DNA from: Candidatus Omnitrophota bacterium
Lineage (GTDB): Bacteria; Omnitrophota; Gorgyraeia; Gygaellales; Profunditerraquicolaceae
Assembly: GCA_026387435.1 (NCBI GenBank)
Contig: JAPLLS010000035.1
Coordinates: forward strand, 1,692 to 65,691
Direction: 5' to 3'
Length of the DNA: 64,000 nucleotides
Below, piece by piece: positions 9,587 to 17,817 of the stretch. Under the pieces are notes generated by a model. It searched no databases, had not been told where the DNA came from, and was given only the letters and a program-made list of their open reading frames with translations. Numbering within the stretch: the first letter of the stretch is position 1; each line of letters opens with the position of its first letter. The translations under genes were made by a program, and so were the position numbers.

Positions 9587-9763
9587 TTATCCCCCCGCTC
9601 CCGGTAATCTGCCGGTGGCGTCAGAAACAGAACTAGCCGCATCGCTTACCCCAGTGTCCACTGCCGGTTTCAGATACTGGTTTGCCCCGTAGGCAATTGC
9701 CGCTACAACTACCGTCAGGACGATTACGTATTCCAAGATACTCTGTCCCCTTTTATTACGCAT
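9587..9763 (-). CDS. Short Flp-like prepilin (58 aa), not in the ORF track
   Basis: Manual translation: MRNKRG|QSILEYVIVLTVVVAAIAYGANQYLKPAVDTGVSDAASSVSDATGRLPGAGG*. Confidence 0.55.
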   Translation of the reverse strand: MRNKRGQSILEYVIVLTVVVAAIAYGANQYLKPAVDTGVSDAASSVSDATGRLPGAGG

Positions 9764-9802
9764 CTTTTACCTCCCTTTCTTCTGTTTACTGTTTTAGATA
9801 AA

Positions 9803-9946
9803 TTACGGACCCTCGTTCACTCTATCTTGAATGAGCTTGAAATTGGCCTTGACCGCCCGATTGCCGTAGAGATACATCGCCGAAAAAGCCATGGCTACTA
9901 CCGCGATCAACAGCGCATATTCAATTACGCTCTGAGCTTTTTTCAT
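9803..9946 (-). CDS. Short Flp-like prepilin (47 aa), not in the ORF track
   Basis: Manual translation: MKKA|QSVIEYALLIAVVAMAFSAMYLYGNRAVKANFKLIQDRVNEGP* (Ala at -1). Confidence 0.5.
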   Translation of the reverse strand: MKKAQSVIEYALLIAVVAMAFSAMYLYGNRAVKANFKLIQDRVNEGP

Positions 9947-9963
9947 ATACACTCCTGTGTTAC

Positions 9964-10377
9964 TCAGGCACTTGCCGCGTTTATCTCTGCCTGAATAATT
10001 CCCACTACTGCCCGCTGCGCATCTGTTAATGTCCCGTTTATCTCTATTGCCTTGTTCCCGGGATCATAGTTGCTTCTGCCGCTTATCAGTATTCCCGCGG
10101 CCACCAATCGCCTGATCTGCGACGGAGTCAAATAAACACTCGTCGGAATAGTTACCTGCGCATCATAACCGGGGACGATCGGGTCGTTAGGATCGACAAC
10201 GGGAACCGAGATCGGTTTTATGCTCGGGGTCAAGCCAAACGAATTGCCGATAGAAGCCGCAGCAAGATTCCTGCCCGTTTGTATTTTGGTCCCCATGCCG
10301 CTTGAGGCCAACAGAATCGCGGCAACGATCGCTGTAAGTATGATTAAATATTCTAAGATACTCTGGCCTTTTTTCAT
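9964..10377 (-). CDS. Flp-like prepilin paralog (137 aa)
   Basis: MKKG|QSILEYLIILTAIVAAILLASSG…. Confidence 0.6.
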   Translation of the reverse strand: MKKGQSILEYLIILTAIVAAILLASSGMGTKIQTGRNLAAASIGNSFGLTPSIKPISVPVVDPNDPIVPGYDAQVTIPTSVYLTPSQIRRLVAAGILISGRSNYDPGNKAIEINGTLTDAQRAVVGIIQAEINAASA

Positions 10378-10379
10378 CG

Positions 10380-10553
10380 CTAATTCCCCGTGCTTATACT
10401 CGGATCCGCATCCAGTAAACCGTTTATTGACCCTACGGCCGCTTGCGTTCCCTGTTGGACCTTGCTTCCAAAATTGCTTGACGCCGCCATGATCGCGGCA
10501 ATTATCACGGTAATGGTGATCACGTATTCCAGCGTGCTCTGAGCTTTTTTCAT
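10380..10553 (-). CDS. Short Flp-like prepilin (57 aa), not in the ORF track
   Basis: Manual translation: MKKA|QSTLEYVITITVIIAAIMAASSNFGSKVQQGTQAAVGSINGLLDADPSISTGN*. Confidence 0.5.
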   Translation of the reverse strand: MKKAQSTLEYVITITVIIAAIMAASSNFGSKVQQGTQAAVGSINGLLDADPSISTGN

Positions 10554-10555
10554 CT

Positions 10556-10735
10556 CTATGATCCTCCGCCCGAGGCTACGCCCAGCGAGTTCACTATCGA
10601 ATCCGCGGCTTTATCCATCCCGCCTTGTATGCTGCTGTGCATATAGCCCGAAGCTGCCATAATCGCGGCAACGATTACGGTAAGGACGATCACATATTCC
10701 AGTATGCTCTGGCCTTTTTTAATTTTAATCATCAT
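10556..10735 (-). CDS. Short Flp-like prepilin (59 aa), not in the ORF track
   Basis: Manual translation: MMIKIKKG|QSILEYVIVLTVIVAAIMAASGYMHSSIQGGMDKAADSIVNSLGVASGGGS*. Confidence 0.5.
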   Translation of the reverse strand: MMIKIKKGQSILEYVIVLTVIVAAIMAASGYMHSSIQGGMDKAADSIVNSLGVASGGGS

Positions 10736-10745
10736 ATGCCCTTCC

Positions 10746-10916
10746 TTATTTGACTATATTTGCGACCGCCTGAATAAAAGTATTGTTGGCGGCATTTTTA
10801 ATATCGACAAAATTATTATTATGTATAAAGCCTAAAGCAATCGCTACCACTATAATGGTAAGAATGAAGTATTCGAATATTGACTGTCCTCTTTCATTAT
10901 AAGTTTTGTCGGACAT
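10746..10916 (-). CDS. Short Flp-like prepilin (56 aa), first gene of the array, not in the ORF track
   Basis: Manual translation: MSDKTYNERG|QSIFEYFILTIIVVAIALGFIHNNNFVDIKNAANNTFIQAVANIVK*. An AGAGGG Shine-Dalgarno sequence lies upstream. Confidence 0.5.
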   Translation of the reverse strand: MSDKTYNERGQSIFEYFILTIIVVAIALGFIHNNNFVDIKNAANNTFIQAVANIVK

Positions 10917-10927
10917 CGCGCCCTCTC

Positions 10928-10962
10928 TAAAAAAAGGAACTGGTTACCAAATAACGGTAGCC
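10928..10962 (-). terminator. Terminator-like hairpin plus T-run in the 5' leader of the pilin array (possible attenuator)
   Basis: The minus strand reads GAACTGGCTACC-GTTATTTG-GGTAACCAGTTC followed by CTTTTTTT. This lies between the predicted promoter (11057-11085) and the first pilin start (10916). Confidence 0.35.
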
Positions 10963-11056
10963 AGTTCTTAGAGTAAACCCATTCAACGATTTTTGGCCGT
11001 GGCTACCATCTCCAAAATCGTACTTTTTATAAAATTACTTTCCTTTAGTCACTAGA

Positions 11057-11085
11057 AATATAACACACCATTGAGCCTTTGTCAA
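11057..11085 (-). promoter_or_regulatory. Sigma70-like promoter for the pilin array
   Basis: On the minus strand: TTGACA (11080-11085), a 17-nt spacer, and TATATT (11057-11062). Confidence 0.4.
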
Positions 11086-11195
11086 TCCGCGCAGGCCTTA
11101 AAAAGAAACCGTTTTCTTATTCAAAACCCCTGGTAATTGCAAAGAATGCGAGTTTCTAAGCATTTAACATGAAGATATTCCGGCGGGAAGAAGAA

Positions 11196-11243
11196 AAAAA
11201 ATACACTTTTTTGAGCCGGAAAAAGTGTATTTTTTCAAAACGC
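11196..11243 (-). terminator. Rho-independent terminator of the HTH gene
   Basis: The minus strand reads AAAATACACTTTTT-CCGGCTC-AAAAAGTGTATTTT followed by TTTTCTTC. Confidence 0.55.
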
Positions 11244-11269
11244 ATTTTAGCTAAATTTACAAGAAAGGT

Positions 11270-12325
11270 CTATTGATAGGCAGCCAAAGTTTCTTCAAAT
11301 TTGAATAATTGGCCTTCGGGAGTAAAAACTCTTTCCTTATTAATACTGCTGACCGCGAACTTAAAATCGTCCTGCCAGACAATATCGCAGATAGCGTTGA
11401 AACTGAGGGGATAAAGAAATTGCACATTAATCATTGAATCCTTTCTTTCAATTTTGGCGGCAAGGCTATAAAAACGATCGCGCATTGCCGAAAGATCCAG
11501 GAATTGGTACACTGAAGGGAAAAAGGACTGTTGCGCTTTCTTATTCAGGCATATGAGGATTTTTTGATATAAGTCATTGATTTCATTGATGTTCTGCGGT
11601 AAACCCAAGCTGATAAGATCCGCGTTTAGCTGATTAAAGGGCAATTTGGCTAACCGCTCATAAACGGAATCAAAATCTTTAATAGCCGGCTCTTTCCCCA
11701 ACATTCTCAAGATATTGGCTTCATCTTTAAGAAGTGGCTTATAAACTTTCAATTGTATCAGGACCCGAAGGGCATCTTCGCTAAGACCAGGCAGACAAAT
11801 TGAGATTTTTTGGGCCAGAAGTCCGGTCAAACCGAATTTATAGTCAACCATTAAGAGAAATATTGCCCCCCCGCTTTCTATGAGCACGCTTGGTTCGGAC
11901 GTCGACCTAAATTCAATTGATTTAATGCCTTCTGGCTCCAGGGCAATTTCTCTCTTTTCAAATTCCGGATTCGCCCGAGCAGGCGAATAAAAATCCGCGG
12001 CTTCGAAAACCGGCTCTTCCTTTGGGCTGACCCAGTTATCAGCTGATTTTTCCTGGGCTGCCGGTTCTTTGATTATGACCAGCGAAGGAACCTCCTGTCT
12101 CGGCAAAGGGGACAAAGCTGTTTTTTGCCTTATTCCTGGCCTTCCGATCCGATTGCTTAAACTATTTGCTTTAATTATCTTGTTTATTGAAGATTTAGAT
12201 ATTTCTACTTTAAATTCTTCTTTTATTAAGGAAACTAACTTGCGGCAGGAAAACTTGGGATTTTCCCTTTTTTTGCTCAAAATAAACTCTTCTATTTCGC
12301 TTTTTAATTTATACGGTTGGGTCAT
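11270..12325 (-). CDS. Hypothetical protein with an N-terminal helix-turn-helix-like domain; candidate regulator
   Basis: 351 aa. The first ~60 aa (…FSCRKLVSLIKEEFKVEISKSSINKIIKANSL…) resemble an HTH. No DDE or other catalytic motif was recognised. Its own promoter carries three TGGACATTTAT repeats. Confidence 0.35.
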   Translation of the reverse strand: MTQPYKLKSEIEEFILSKKRENPKFSCRKLVSLIKEEFKVEISKSSINKIIKANSLSNRIGRPGIRQKTALSPLPRQEVPSLVIIKEPAAQEKSADNWVSPKEEPVFEAADFYSPARANPEFEKREIALEPEGIKSIEFRSTSEPSVLIESGGAIFLLMVDYKFGLTGLLAQKISICLPGLSEDALRVLIQLKVYKPLLKDEANILRMLGKEPAIKDFDSVYERLAKLPFNQLNADLISLGLPQNINEINDLYQKILICLNKKAQQSFFPSVYQFLDLSAMRDRFYSLAAKIERKDSMINVQFLYPLSFNAICDIVWQDDFKFAVSSINKERVFTPEGQLFKFEETLAAYQ

Positions 12326-12333
12326 GTTCTAAT

Positions 12334-12402
12334 TTGGACATTTATTTCAGGTTTTGGACATTATTTATTTTAACTATACCATACTTCTGGACATTTATCA
12401 AT
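12334..12402 (-). promoter_or_regulatory. Promoter of the HTH gene containing three direct repeats of TTGGACATT(T)AT
   Basis: Repeat copies at 12334-12345, 12354-12366 and 12388-12402. The coding strand reads TTGATA-N17-TATAGT (-35 at 12396-12401, -10 at 12373-12378). One repeat overlaps the spacer and two lie between the -10 box and the ATG. Confidence 0.45.
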
Positions 12403-12433
12403 ATTAATAATAAAAGGGAGGGGAATAGCAGGC

Positions 12434-12778
12434 TTATTCTATAATTATAATTTCATCTTTTATTTGAGTTTTACTGGCTTGAATTGCCCCTTCGGGTAAT
12501 TCAATAGTAGTAATTGCCTTAAAGTAGATCGGGCTTACCCGAAACGGCTTGAACCCGGGAGTTAGGGCGATTACCTGCCTATTGCGGTCCAGGAATATGG
12601 CGTCAAAAGTAAAGCGCATGAAAAAAGAGTGGATGGAATTGGAAGGAGTAATAATTAGGCCTTCGCTTGGCTTAAGGCTGGGGCGATTCAATAGCCCGAC
12701 TAATCTCGAAAAGAATGTATCGGCGGTCTTGGCTTTATCCGCAAGAACCGTGTTGCGGGAACGGTTAATTATCCTCAT
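12434..12778 (-). CDS. DUF192 (COG1430) family protein
   Basis: 114 aa; …ADTFFSRLVGLLNRP…GLIITPSNSIHSFFMRFTFDAIFLDRN… matches the DUF192 pattern. Confidence 0.6.
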   Translation of the reverse strand: MRIINRSRNTVLADKAKTADTFFSRLVGLLNRPSLKPSEGLIITPSNSIHSFFMRFTFDAIFLDRNRQVIALTPGFKPFRVSPIYFKAITTIELPEGAIQASKTQIKDEIIIIE

Positions 12779-14958
12779 TATTTAGGTTTAAAGATATCTT
12801 CGGAAATAGAAATACCGCGTCTTTTGATCTCGTCAAAGAAGGTGGGAAGGTTTCCAGTAGGGGTAAAGTAGCCTTCGACTTTGCCCAGCTCGCCTACTCC
12901 GGTTTGCTTGAAGTCGAATAAATCCTGCATTCCAATATGCAGTTCATCGGTCATGCCGGTCAATTCGCTTATCTGGACGACTTTCCTGGAGCCGTCAGAA
13001 AGCCGGGCAGTATGCACGATCAAATCTATGGCCGAAGCGATCATTTCGCGGATAGCGCGCAAAGGTATTTCTATCCCGCCCATCAAGATCAAAGAGTCAA
13101 GCCTGGCCAGAACGTCCTGGGTGGAATTGGCGTGCAGGGTGGTCATTGAGCCGTCATGGCCGGTATTCATAGCCTGAAGCATGTCCAGGGCTTCCAGGCC
13201 GCGGCACTCTCCGATGATTATCCGGTCCGGGCGCATACGCATGGAGTTGCGGAACAAATCGCGCACGGTTATAGCGCCCTTACCTTCTATATTTTGCGGC
13301 CGGGACTCCAGCCTTACCCAGTGCTGATGATGAAGTTTTAATTCCGCGGCGTCTTCGATAGTGAGGATCCTTTCTCCGTCGGGGATAAATTCGGAAAGGA
13401 TGTTCAAGACCGTGGTTTTACCTGAGCCGGTTCCTCCAGAAACGATGATATTCTTGCGGGATATAACACAGATTCTTATAAATTCACCCATCACTTCATT
13501 AAGAGAATTGATGCGGCACAGGTCTGTTACAGTCATCCGTTCCTGGGGGAACTTACGGATAGTCAAAGTCGGGCCGGTCAGCGCCAAAGGCGGGATTATG
13601 GCGTTAACGCGGGAACCGTCGATTAATCTTCCGTCGACCATGGGCACGGATTCGTCTATCCTTCTGCCCAAAGGCGCAATGATCCTCTCGATTATCTGCC
13701 GGACTTGCCCGTTAGAAACGAACTTCTTGGCAGTCAGTTCCAATTTACCGTTTTTCTCCACATATATCTGGTTTTTATTGTTGACCATGATGTCGGTCAC
13801 CAGCGGATCGGCAACCAGATCCTCAAGCGGGCCGAGGCCGACGGCTTCATCGATCATTTCTTTAATAAACTGCTGCCGTTCGGTAAATGAAGGGACAAAA
13901 CTTTCCGTCTCTTCAGCCAGGGAATTGGATATCGATTTTTTGACCTTTTCTTTCAACTCCCGCAATTTCTTCGGGTCGCCGAGCACTACTTCCAGGCGGT
14001 GCAAATCCAGATCCTGGATGATCTTCAAGTGTATGCGCTGTTTCAACTGGTTGAGCTTGTCTTCTTTGGTTAACTGCTTGGGCTGGAGATTTTCCCGGGA
14101 GGAAAGGCTTAACCCTCCCTTGGTCTCGCTTTCCAGAGCCACTTCAAGGCTCTCGTCGGAAAGAGTCTCGATAATAGCGCCCTCAAGCTTCTTATGAACG
14201 GTAAAAAGCTCCTGGTCGGTAAGCAGATCGTCCGCAAGCTTATCGATCGCCAGCGAAGCCTTGGCCCGGGGATTATCCAGTACCAGCGGGTTTCTTCTGT
14301 TTAAAGCCAGGCATACGGCTTTGCCGTCGGAAGGGATGCGCGCAATTATCTCGCCGGGAATGGCGGATTTGACTTCCAGAAAAGATACGCCCCCCAGACT
14401 CTCTGCGCGGTTCAAAACTACTTTCATCATCCGCAAAGGGAAAGCAAAAGACTGCATGATATCTATGGCCTCTTTTACCTGCCCTACAGAAAGCACATCG
14501 GGATTGACGACAAATAAGATCAGGTTGGATTTCCCAAGGGTGGTAAGCAGGACTTTGGTAAAAACGCCGCCGCCTTCGATTACGATATAATCGTAAATTT
14601 TATCCAGCTGGTCGCATAGCGAGGCGATAAATTTCTCTTTTATTACCCCCCGCTGCCGGATATTCAGGGTTATTGGAAGGAAGTCCAGGCCGCTGAAGTT
14701 ATGGTGCAGGATATATTCCTGGATTTGAGTTAAATTGAACTGATCGTTGGTTTCCCATTCCGGGACAATATCGGCCAGGCTATGGACCGGTTTTAAATCC
14801 ATCAGCTTTGCGATATCTCCGGGGAGTTGCAAATCCAGGTCGACCAGAAGAACTTTGCCGTTGCCTATTTTGCGGGCGAGGCTGGTAGCGATATTAACGG
14901 CCAGGAAGGTTCTTCCTACTCCCCCTTTAGGGCTGAAAATGGCTATTGTTTTGGCCAT
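12778..14958 (-). CDS. Fusion protein: ParA/MinD-like TadZ/CpaE ATPase domain (N) + TadA/CpaF type II/IV secretion ATPase (C)
   Basis: 726 aa. The N-terminal half shows [19 protein letters not shown] (deviant Walker A) and [13 protein letters not shown]. The C-terminal half shows Walker [10 protein letters not shown], an Asp box and a His box [13 protein letters not shown], typical of CpaF/T2SS-E. Confidence 0.75.
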   Translation of the reverse strand: MAKTIAIFSPKGGVGRTFLAVNIATSLARKIGNGKVLLVDLDLQLPGDIAKLMDLKPVHSLADIVPEWETNDQFNLTQIQEYILHHNFSGLDFLPITLNIRQRGVIKEKFIASLCDQLDKIYDYIVIEGGGVFTKVLLTTLGKSNLILFVVNPDVLSVGQVKEAIDIMQSFAFPLRMMKVVLNRAESLGGVSFLEVKSAIPGEIIARIPSDGKAVCLALNRRNPLVLDNPRAKASLAIDKLADDLLTDQELFTVHKKLEGAIIETLSDESLEVALESETKGGLSLSSRENLQPKQLTKEDKLNQLKQRIHLKIIQDLDLHRLEVVLGDPKKLRELKEKVKKSISNSLAEETESFVPSFTERQQFIKEMIDEAVGLGPLEDLVADPLVTDIMVNNKNQIYVEKNGKLELTAKKFVSNGQVRQIIERIIAPLGRRIDESVPMVDGRLIDGSRVNAIIPPLALTGPTLTIRKFPQERMTVTDLCRINSLNEVMGEFIRICVISRKNIIVSGGTGSGKTTVLNILSEFIPDGERILTIEDAAELKLHHQHWVRLESRPQNIEGKGAITVRDLFRNSMRMRPDRIIIGECRGLEALDMLQAMNTGHDGSMTTLHANSTQDVLARLDSLILMGGIEIPLRAIREMIASAIDLIVHTARLSDGSRKVVQISELTGMTDELHIGMQDLFDFKQTGVGELGKVEGYFTPTGNLPTFFDEIKRRGISISEDIFKPK

Positions 14959-14959
14959 A

Positions 14960-16864
14960 TTATCTTTTTTGTTCTAGATTATACACGATAGGAATTTGCA
15001 CCCAGAGATCCTGCTCGCTTATATCCCGCGGGAAAGACGGGTAAGGAGCAATCCGCCTGGCAATGCTCATAGTATTCTCGTCAAGCACGCTATAACCCGA
15101 TGAATCGCTGATATTAGAATCAAGCAAATCCCCGGCTTTGGCCAGGTGCAGATTTAAAACAACTGTCCCTTGCAGCTCAGCCTGCTTGGCTGCCCAGGGA
15201 TAGAAAATATTATTGCTGAGGTATTCGCTGACTAGCTGGACGTATTCTTCGGCCGGTCCACCGAAAAGAACCTCCTGTTGCCCTTCGGCAAAAGGTTTTC
15301 TAGGGGAAACCGTTGCTCCTTTGTTTTGGACAGGGGCATTGCTCTTGGCAAGAACCGGCTGTTGTCTGCCGCCGGCAAAAGATTTTCCCTGCGAAACGAC
15401 CACTCCTCTATTTTGTTTATTGGCAGGGCCGGTTGCAGCAGCTCCTTGTTGCCCTCCGGCAAAGGGTTTTGTTTGTGAAACTACCACTCCCTTATTGTTT
15501 GCCGAAGAATATATCTTGGGAGCTATCGCTTCTTTACCCTCTTCCGGCCGGGAATCAGCTATTTTATCTCCACCGGGCTTAATTTGATTTTTTTTTTCCG
15601 CTTCCCGCTTTTCCGGGCCTTTATCCTCGACCACTGAGGGGGTAACCATGATGACTAACTCGGTGTCCCCCATCTCATCTTCTCCACCGCCCCTTATGGT
15701 AGTCCGGTGGCGGAAAAATACTCCCAAAATCGGGACTTCACCCAGCCAGGGGAACTTCTTCAGGTCTTCTTCGGTCTTTTGTTTGATCAAACCGCTGATC
15801 GCCAAAGTCTGGCCATTGTTAAGATAAAGCTGGGTAGAGGTTGAGCGTTTGCTTATAGGCCAGGCTTTGGCCGTTGGGGCAGTGACTAAGCCCAATACTT
15901 CCGCAGTCCCGACATCGCTGACTTCCACATTAAGCCCGAGCTTTATTTTTCCGTCGGAATTTAAAGAAGGAGACATTTTCAACTTGATCCCATACTCCTT
16001 ATACTCTACGGTATTGGAAGTGTTCGAACTACCGCTTACGCTTTGAGTGGTCATGACCGGCTTTTCCCCTCCGACCAAAAGCTCAGCTTCCTTGCCGCTC
16101 TGGCAAGACAATTTTGGCCGGGAAAGTATCTTAGCCTTGTTGTCTTTGACCATTAAATTCAAGGTCGCTTCCAATTGCTGATGCGTCCATTCACTCACTC
16201 TGAACAATGAGTTCGGAACATCGGCAAGCCTATCCCAACGCGGGGGCTCAGTAAGCAGCACAGACCCGCCGCTTAAAATCCAATCCATGCCCATTTGTTT
16301 AGTATAGCCTTTGTCTACCTCTATGATTTCGACTTCCAGTTCGATGATCGCTTTTTCTTCTTCGATCTGGATCAAATTGGTGGTCCTGGCAAAAAGGCCG
16401 CCCAGCGCGGTTTTGACCCGTTCCATGTCTTCCTTGGTTTTTACGCTGCCTAACAATAAAACTTTGCCTTCGCTGTCAGAGGGTTCGGTAGAAATCTGAG
16501 ACAAATTCAATTCCTTGAGCAGATCTTTAATCCGAGCATTGACATAAGCCATGGCTTCGGTAAGGACCTTTAAACTTGTATGGTGTTCGCCTTTTTCGTC
16601 CCACCAGATCAAGTTCGTAGATCCGGCCCCTTTGCCGACAACCACGATCTCTTTGGTGCTGACCGAAAGGATATCAGCTATCTCGGGCTTGCCGATGACC
16701 ACGCGAGTAGGAGTATTTACGCTGATCGACTTTAACTCGCCCTGATATAAAGTTTCTTCCGAGGAAGAAATTGCCGCCTTTTTTGTCTCCTGAGAAAAAA
16801 CAAGCTCCCTGCCCGGCAATAAAAACAGAGATAGAATTATTAAAAATGCCCGCGCTTTTCTCAT
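14960..16864 (-). CDS. cpaC: CpaC/RcpA-type secretin with a C-terminal repeat linker and TonB C-terminal-like domain
   Basis: 634 aa. It has a signal peptide and a pilus-formation N-terminal region (VNTPTRVVIGKPEIADILSV…). The secretin core reads …NGQTLAISGLIKQ…FPWLGEVPILGVFF…TELVIMVTPSVV. Three repeats of about 25 aa follow (NKGVVVSQTKPFAGGQQ…). The TonB_C-like end reads …QGTVVLNLHLAKAGDLLDSNISDSSGYSVLDENTMSIARRIAPYPSFP. Confidence 0.7.
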   Translation of the reverse strand: MRKARAFLIILSLFLLPGRELVFSQETKKAAISSSEETLYQGELKSISVNTPTRVVIGKPEIADILSVSTKEIVVVGKGAGSTNLIWWDEKGEHHTSLKVLTEAMAYVNARIKDLLKELNLSQISTEPSDSEGKVLLLGSVKTKEDMERVKTALGGLFARTTNLIQIEEEKAIIELEVEIIEVDKGYTKQMGMDWILSGGSVLLTEPPRWDRLADVPNSLFRVSEWTHQQLEATLNLMVKDNKAKILSRPKLSCQSGKEAELLVGGEKPVMTTQSVSGSSNTSNTVEYKEYGIKLKMSPSLNSDGKIKLGLNVEVSDVGTAEVLGLVTAPTAKAWPISKRSTSTQLYLNNGQTLAISGLIKQKTEEDLKKFPWLGEVPILGVFFRHRTTIRGGGEDEMGDTELVIMVTPSVVEDKGPEKREAEKKNQIKPGGDKIADSRPEEGKEAIAPKIYSSANNKGVVVSQTKPFAGGQQGAAATGPANKQNRGVVVSQGKSFAGGRQQPVLAKSNAPVQNKGATVSPRKPFAEGQQEVLFGGPAEEYVQLVSEYLSNNIFYPWAAKQAELQGTVVLNLHLAKAGDLLDSNISDSSGYSVLDENTMSIARRIAPYPSFPRDISEQDLWVQIPIVYNLEQKR

Positions 16865-17814
16865 TTTTTCTTCCCTTCGGATATTAGAGGAATCACTTCT
16901 TTTTGCAGTCCGCGGTAGACTTCTACGGTAACCGGCATTTTCCCCTCTTCCCTGGCCTTGGGGTATAAATATTCGAATAGATTATCCCAGTTAACCGGGT
17001 CGACCTCGGTCTGGGACAGATCAGAATTGGAACGCGTAACCAGCTTGATCTTTCCCTGTTCCTGAATAAAAGAGGCTAAAGCCGCTTCTTGAGGAGTAAG
17101 CGACAAGGTAACTGCATTTGCCGCGGCACTTGTCCCTTTCCCTTTAGGCTGCTCGATGTGCGCTCCGCCCGTATCTGAACCGATGGCCAGCACCAGGACA
17201 TTTTGAAAAAGCGGCACAGTAACTGACTTTTTTTCCTGTTTTTCCGTCTGTCCTCTGGGAGTTCTATTGACAATAGCATCAATAGTAGACCCCGGCGGAG
17301 GGCTGATTATTGCCAAAGCGTCCACATAATCCCCCGGCTGCAGCAATCCCTGAAGGCTGGCGATATTATCGACCAGCACAGAAACCGCCCTTTTGCCGCG
17401 GGGGGTGATTTCCGAGATGATTTTGGGTTTTTCCGGCGGAGCCCCAAGCTTATTCCTGAGTATCTGCTCGCCTTCGAGGATCTGTGACTGGGCGTACACT
17501 CCGACGATGTTAATAGTTGAGGCTATCGCCCCTGGCTGGATATAATCTTCCGGGACTTCCCGGCTGGCAATATCTTCGGCCACGATCGGCACTCCGGGAG
17601 AAATGGTGCGCGCTGCCACCAGAATAGCAACTTTCTTAACCTGCCTGGCCAGCCTTTCAGCTTCCTCGCGCTTCTTGACCGCTTCTATCTCTGTTTTTAA
17701 CTTCAACTCTTTTTCCGCAATATACATGCGGGCCAACACCGCTGCCAGAATACCACAAGCAATAGCAATTACGATCAACAACTTCTTTTTAAATTCCGGA
17801 TTAGGCTGAAACAT
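16861..17814 (-). CDS. cpaB: CpaB/RcpC-like Flp pilus assembly protein
   Basis: 317 aa. It has an N-terminal TM and a SAF-like segment (VAARTISPGVPIVAEDI). It lies immediately upstream of the secretin. Confidence 0.55.
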   Translation of the reverse strand: MFQPNPEFKKKLLIVIAIACGILAAVLARMYIAEKELKLKTEIEAVKKREEAERLARQVKKVAILVAARTISPGVPIVAEDIASREVPEDYIQPGAIASTINIVGVYAQSQILEGEQILRNKLGAPPEKPKIISEITPRGKRAVSVLVDNIASLQGLLQPGDYVDALAIISPPPGSTIDAIVNRTPRGQTEKQEKKSVTVPLFQNVLVLAIGSDTGGAHIEQPKGKGTSAAANAVTLSLTPQEAALASFIQEQGKIKLVTRSNSDLSQTEVDPVNWDNLFEYLYPKAREEGKMPVTVEVYRGLQKEVIPLISEGKKK

Positions 17815-17817
17815 AGG

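Noticed and set aside
9202-9642. 146-aa ORF with a 33-aa N-terminal extension before the pilin motif
   Set aside because: All paralogs start 3-9 residues before the G|QS motif. The internal MFNRKGQ start at 9543 is consistent with the family.
10917-11200. Sigma-54 promoter (TGGCAC-N5-TTGC) upstream of the pilin array, because of CTGGTAATTGCAAAG
   Set aside because: The GG…GC spacing is wrong (6 instead of 11 nt) and it is on the non-template orientation. A good sigma70-type -35/-10 pair is present instead.
11270-12325. Possible IS transposase, because the N-terminal 60 aa resemble a transposase HTH
   Set aside because: No DDE or other catalytic domain was found in the remaining ~290 aa. There are no terminal inverted repeats or target-site duplications. 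It is treated as a regulator candidate instead.
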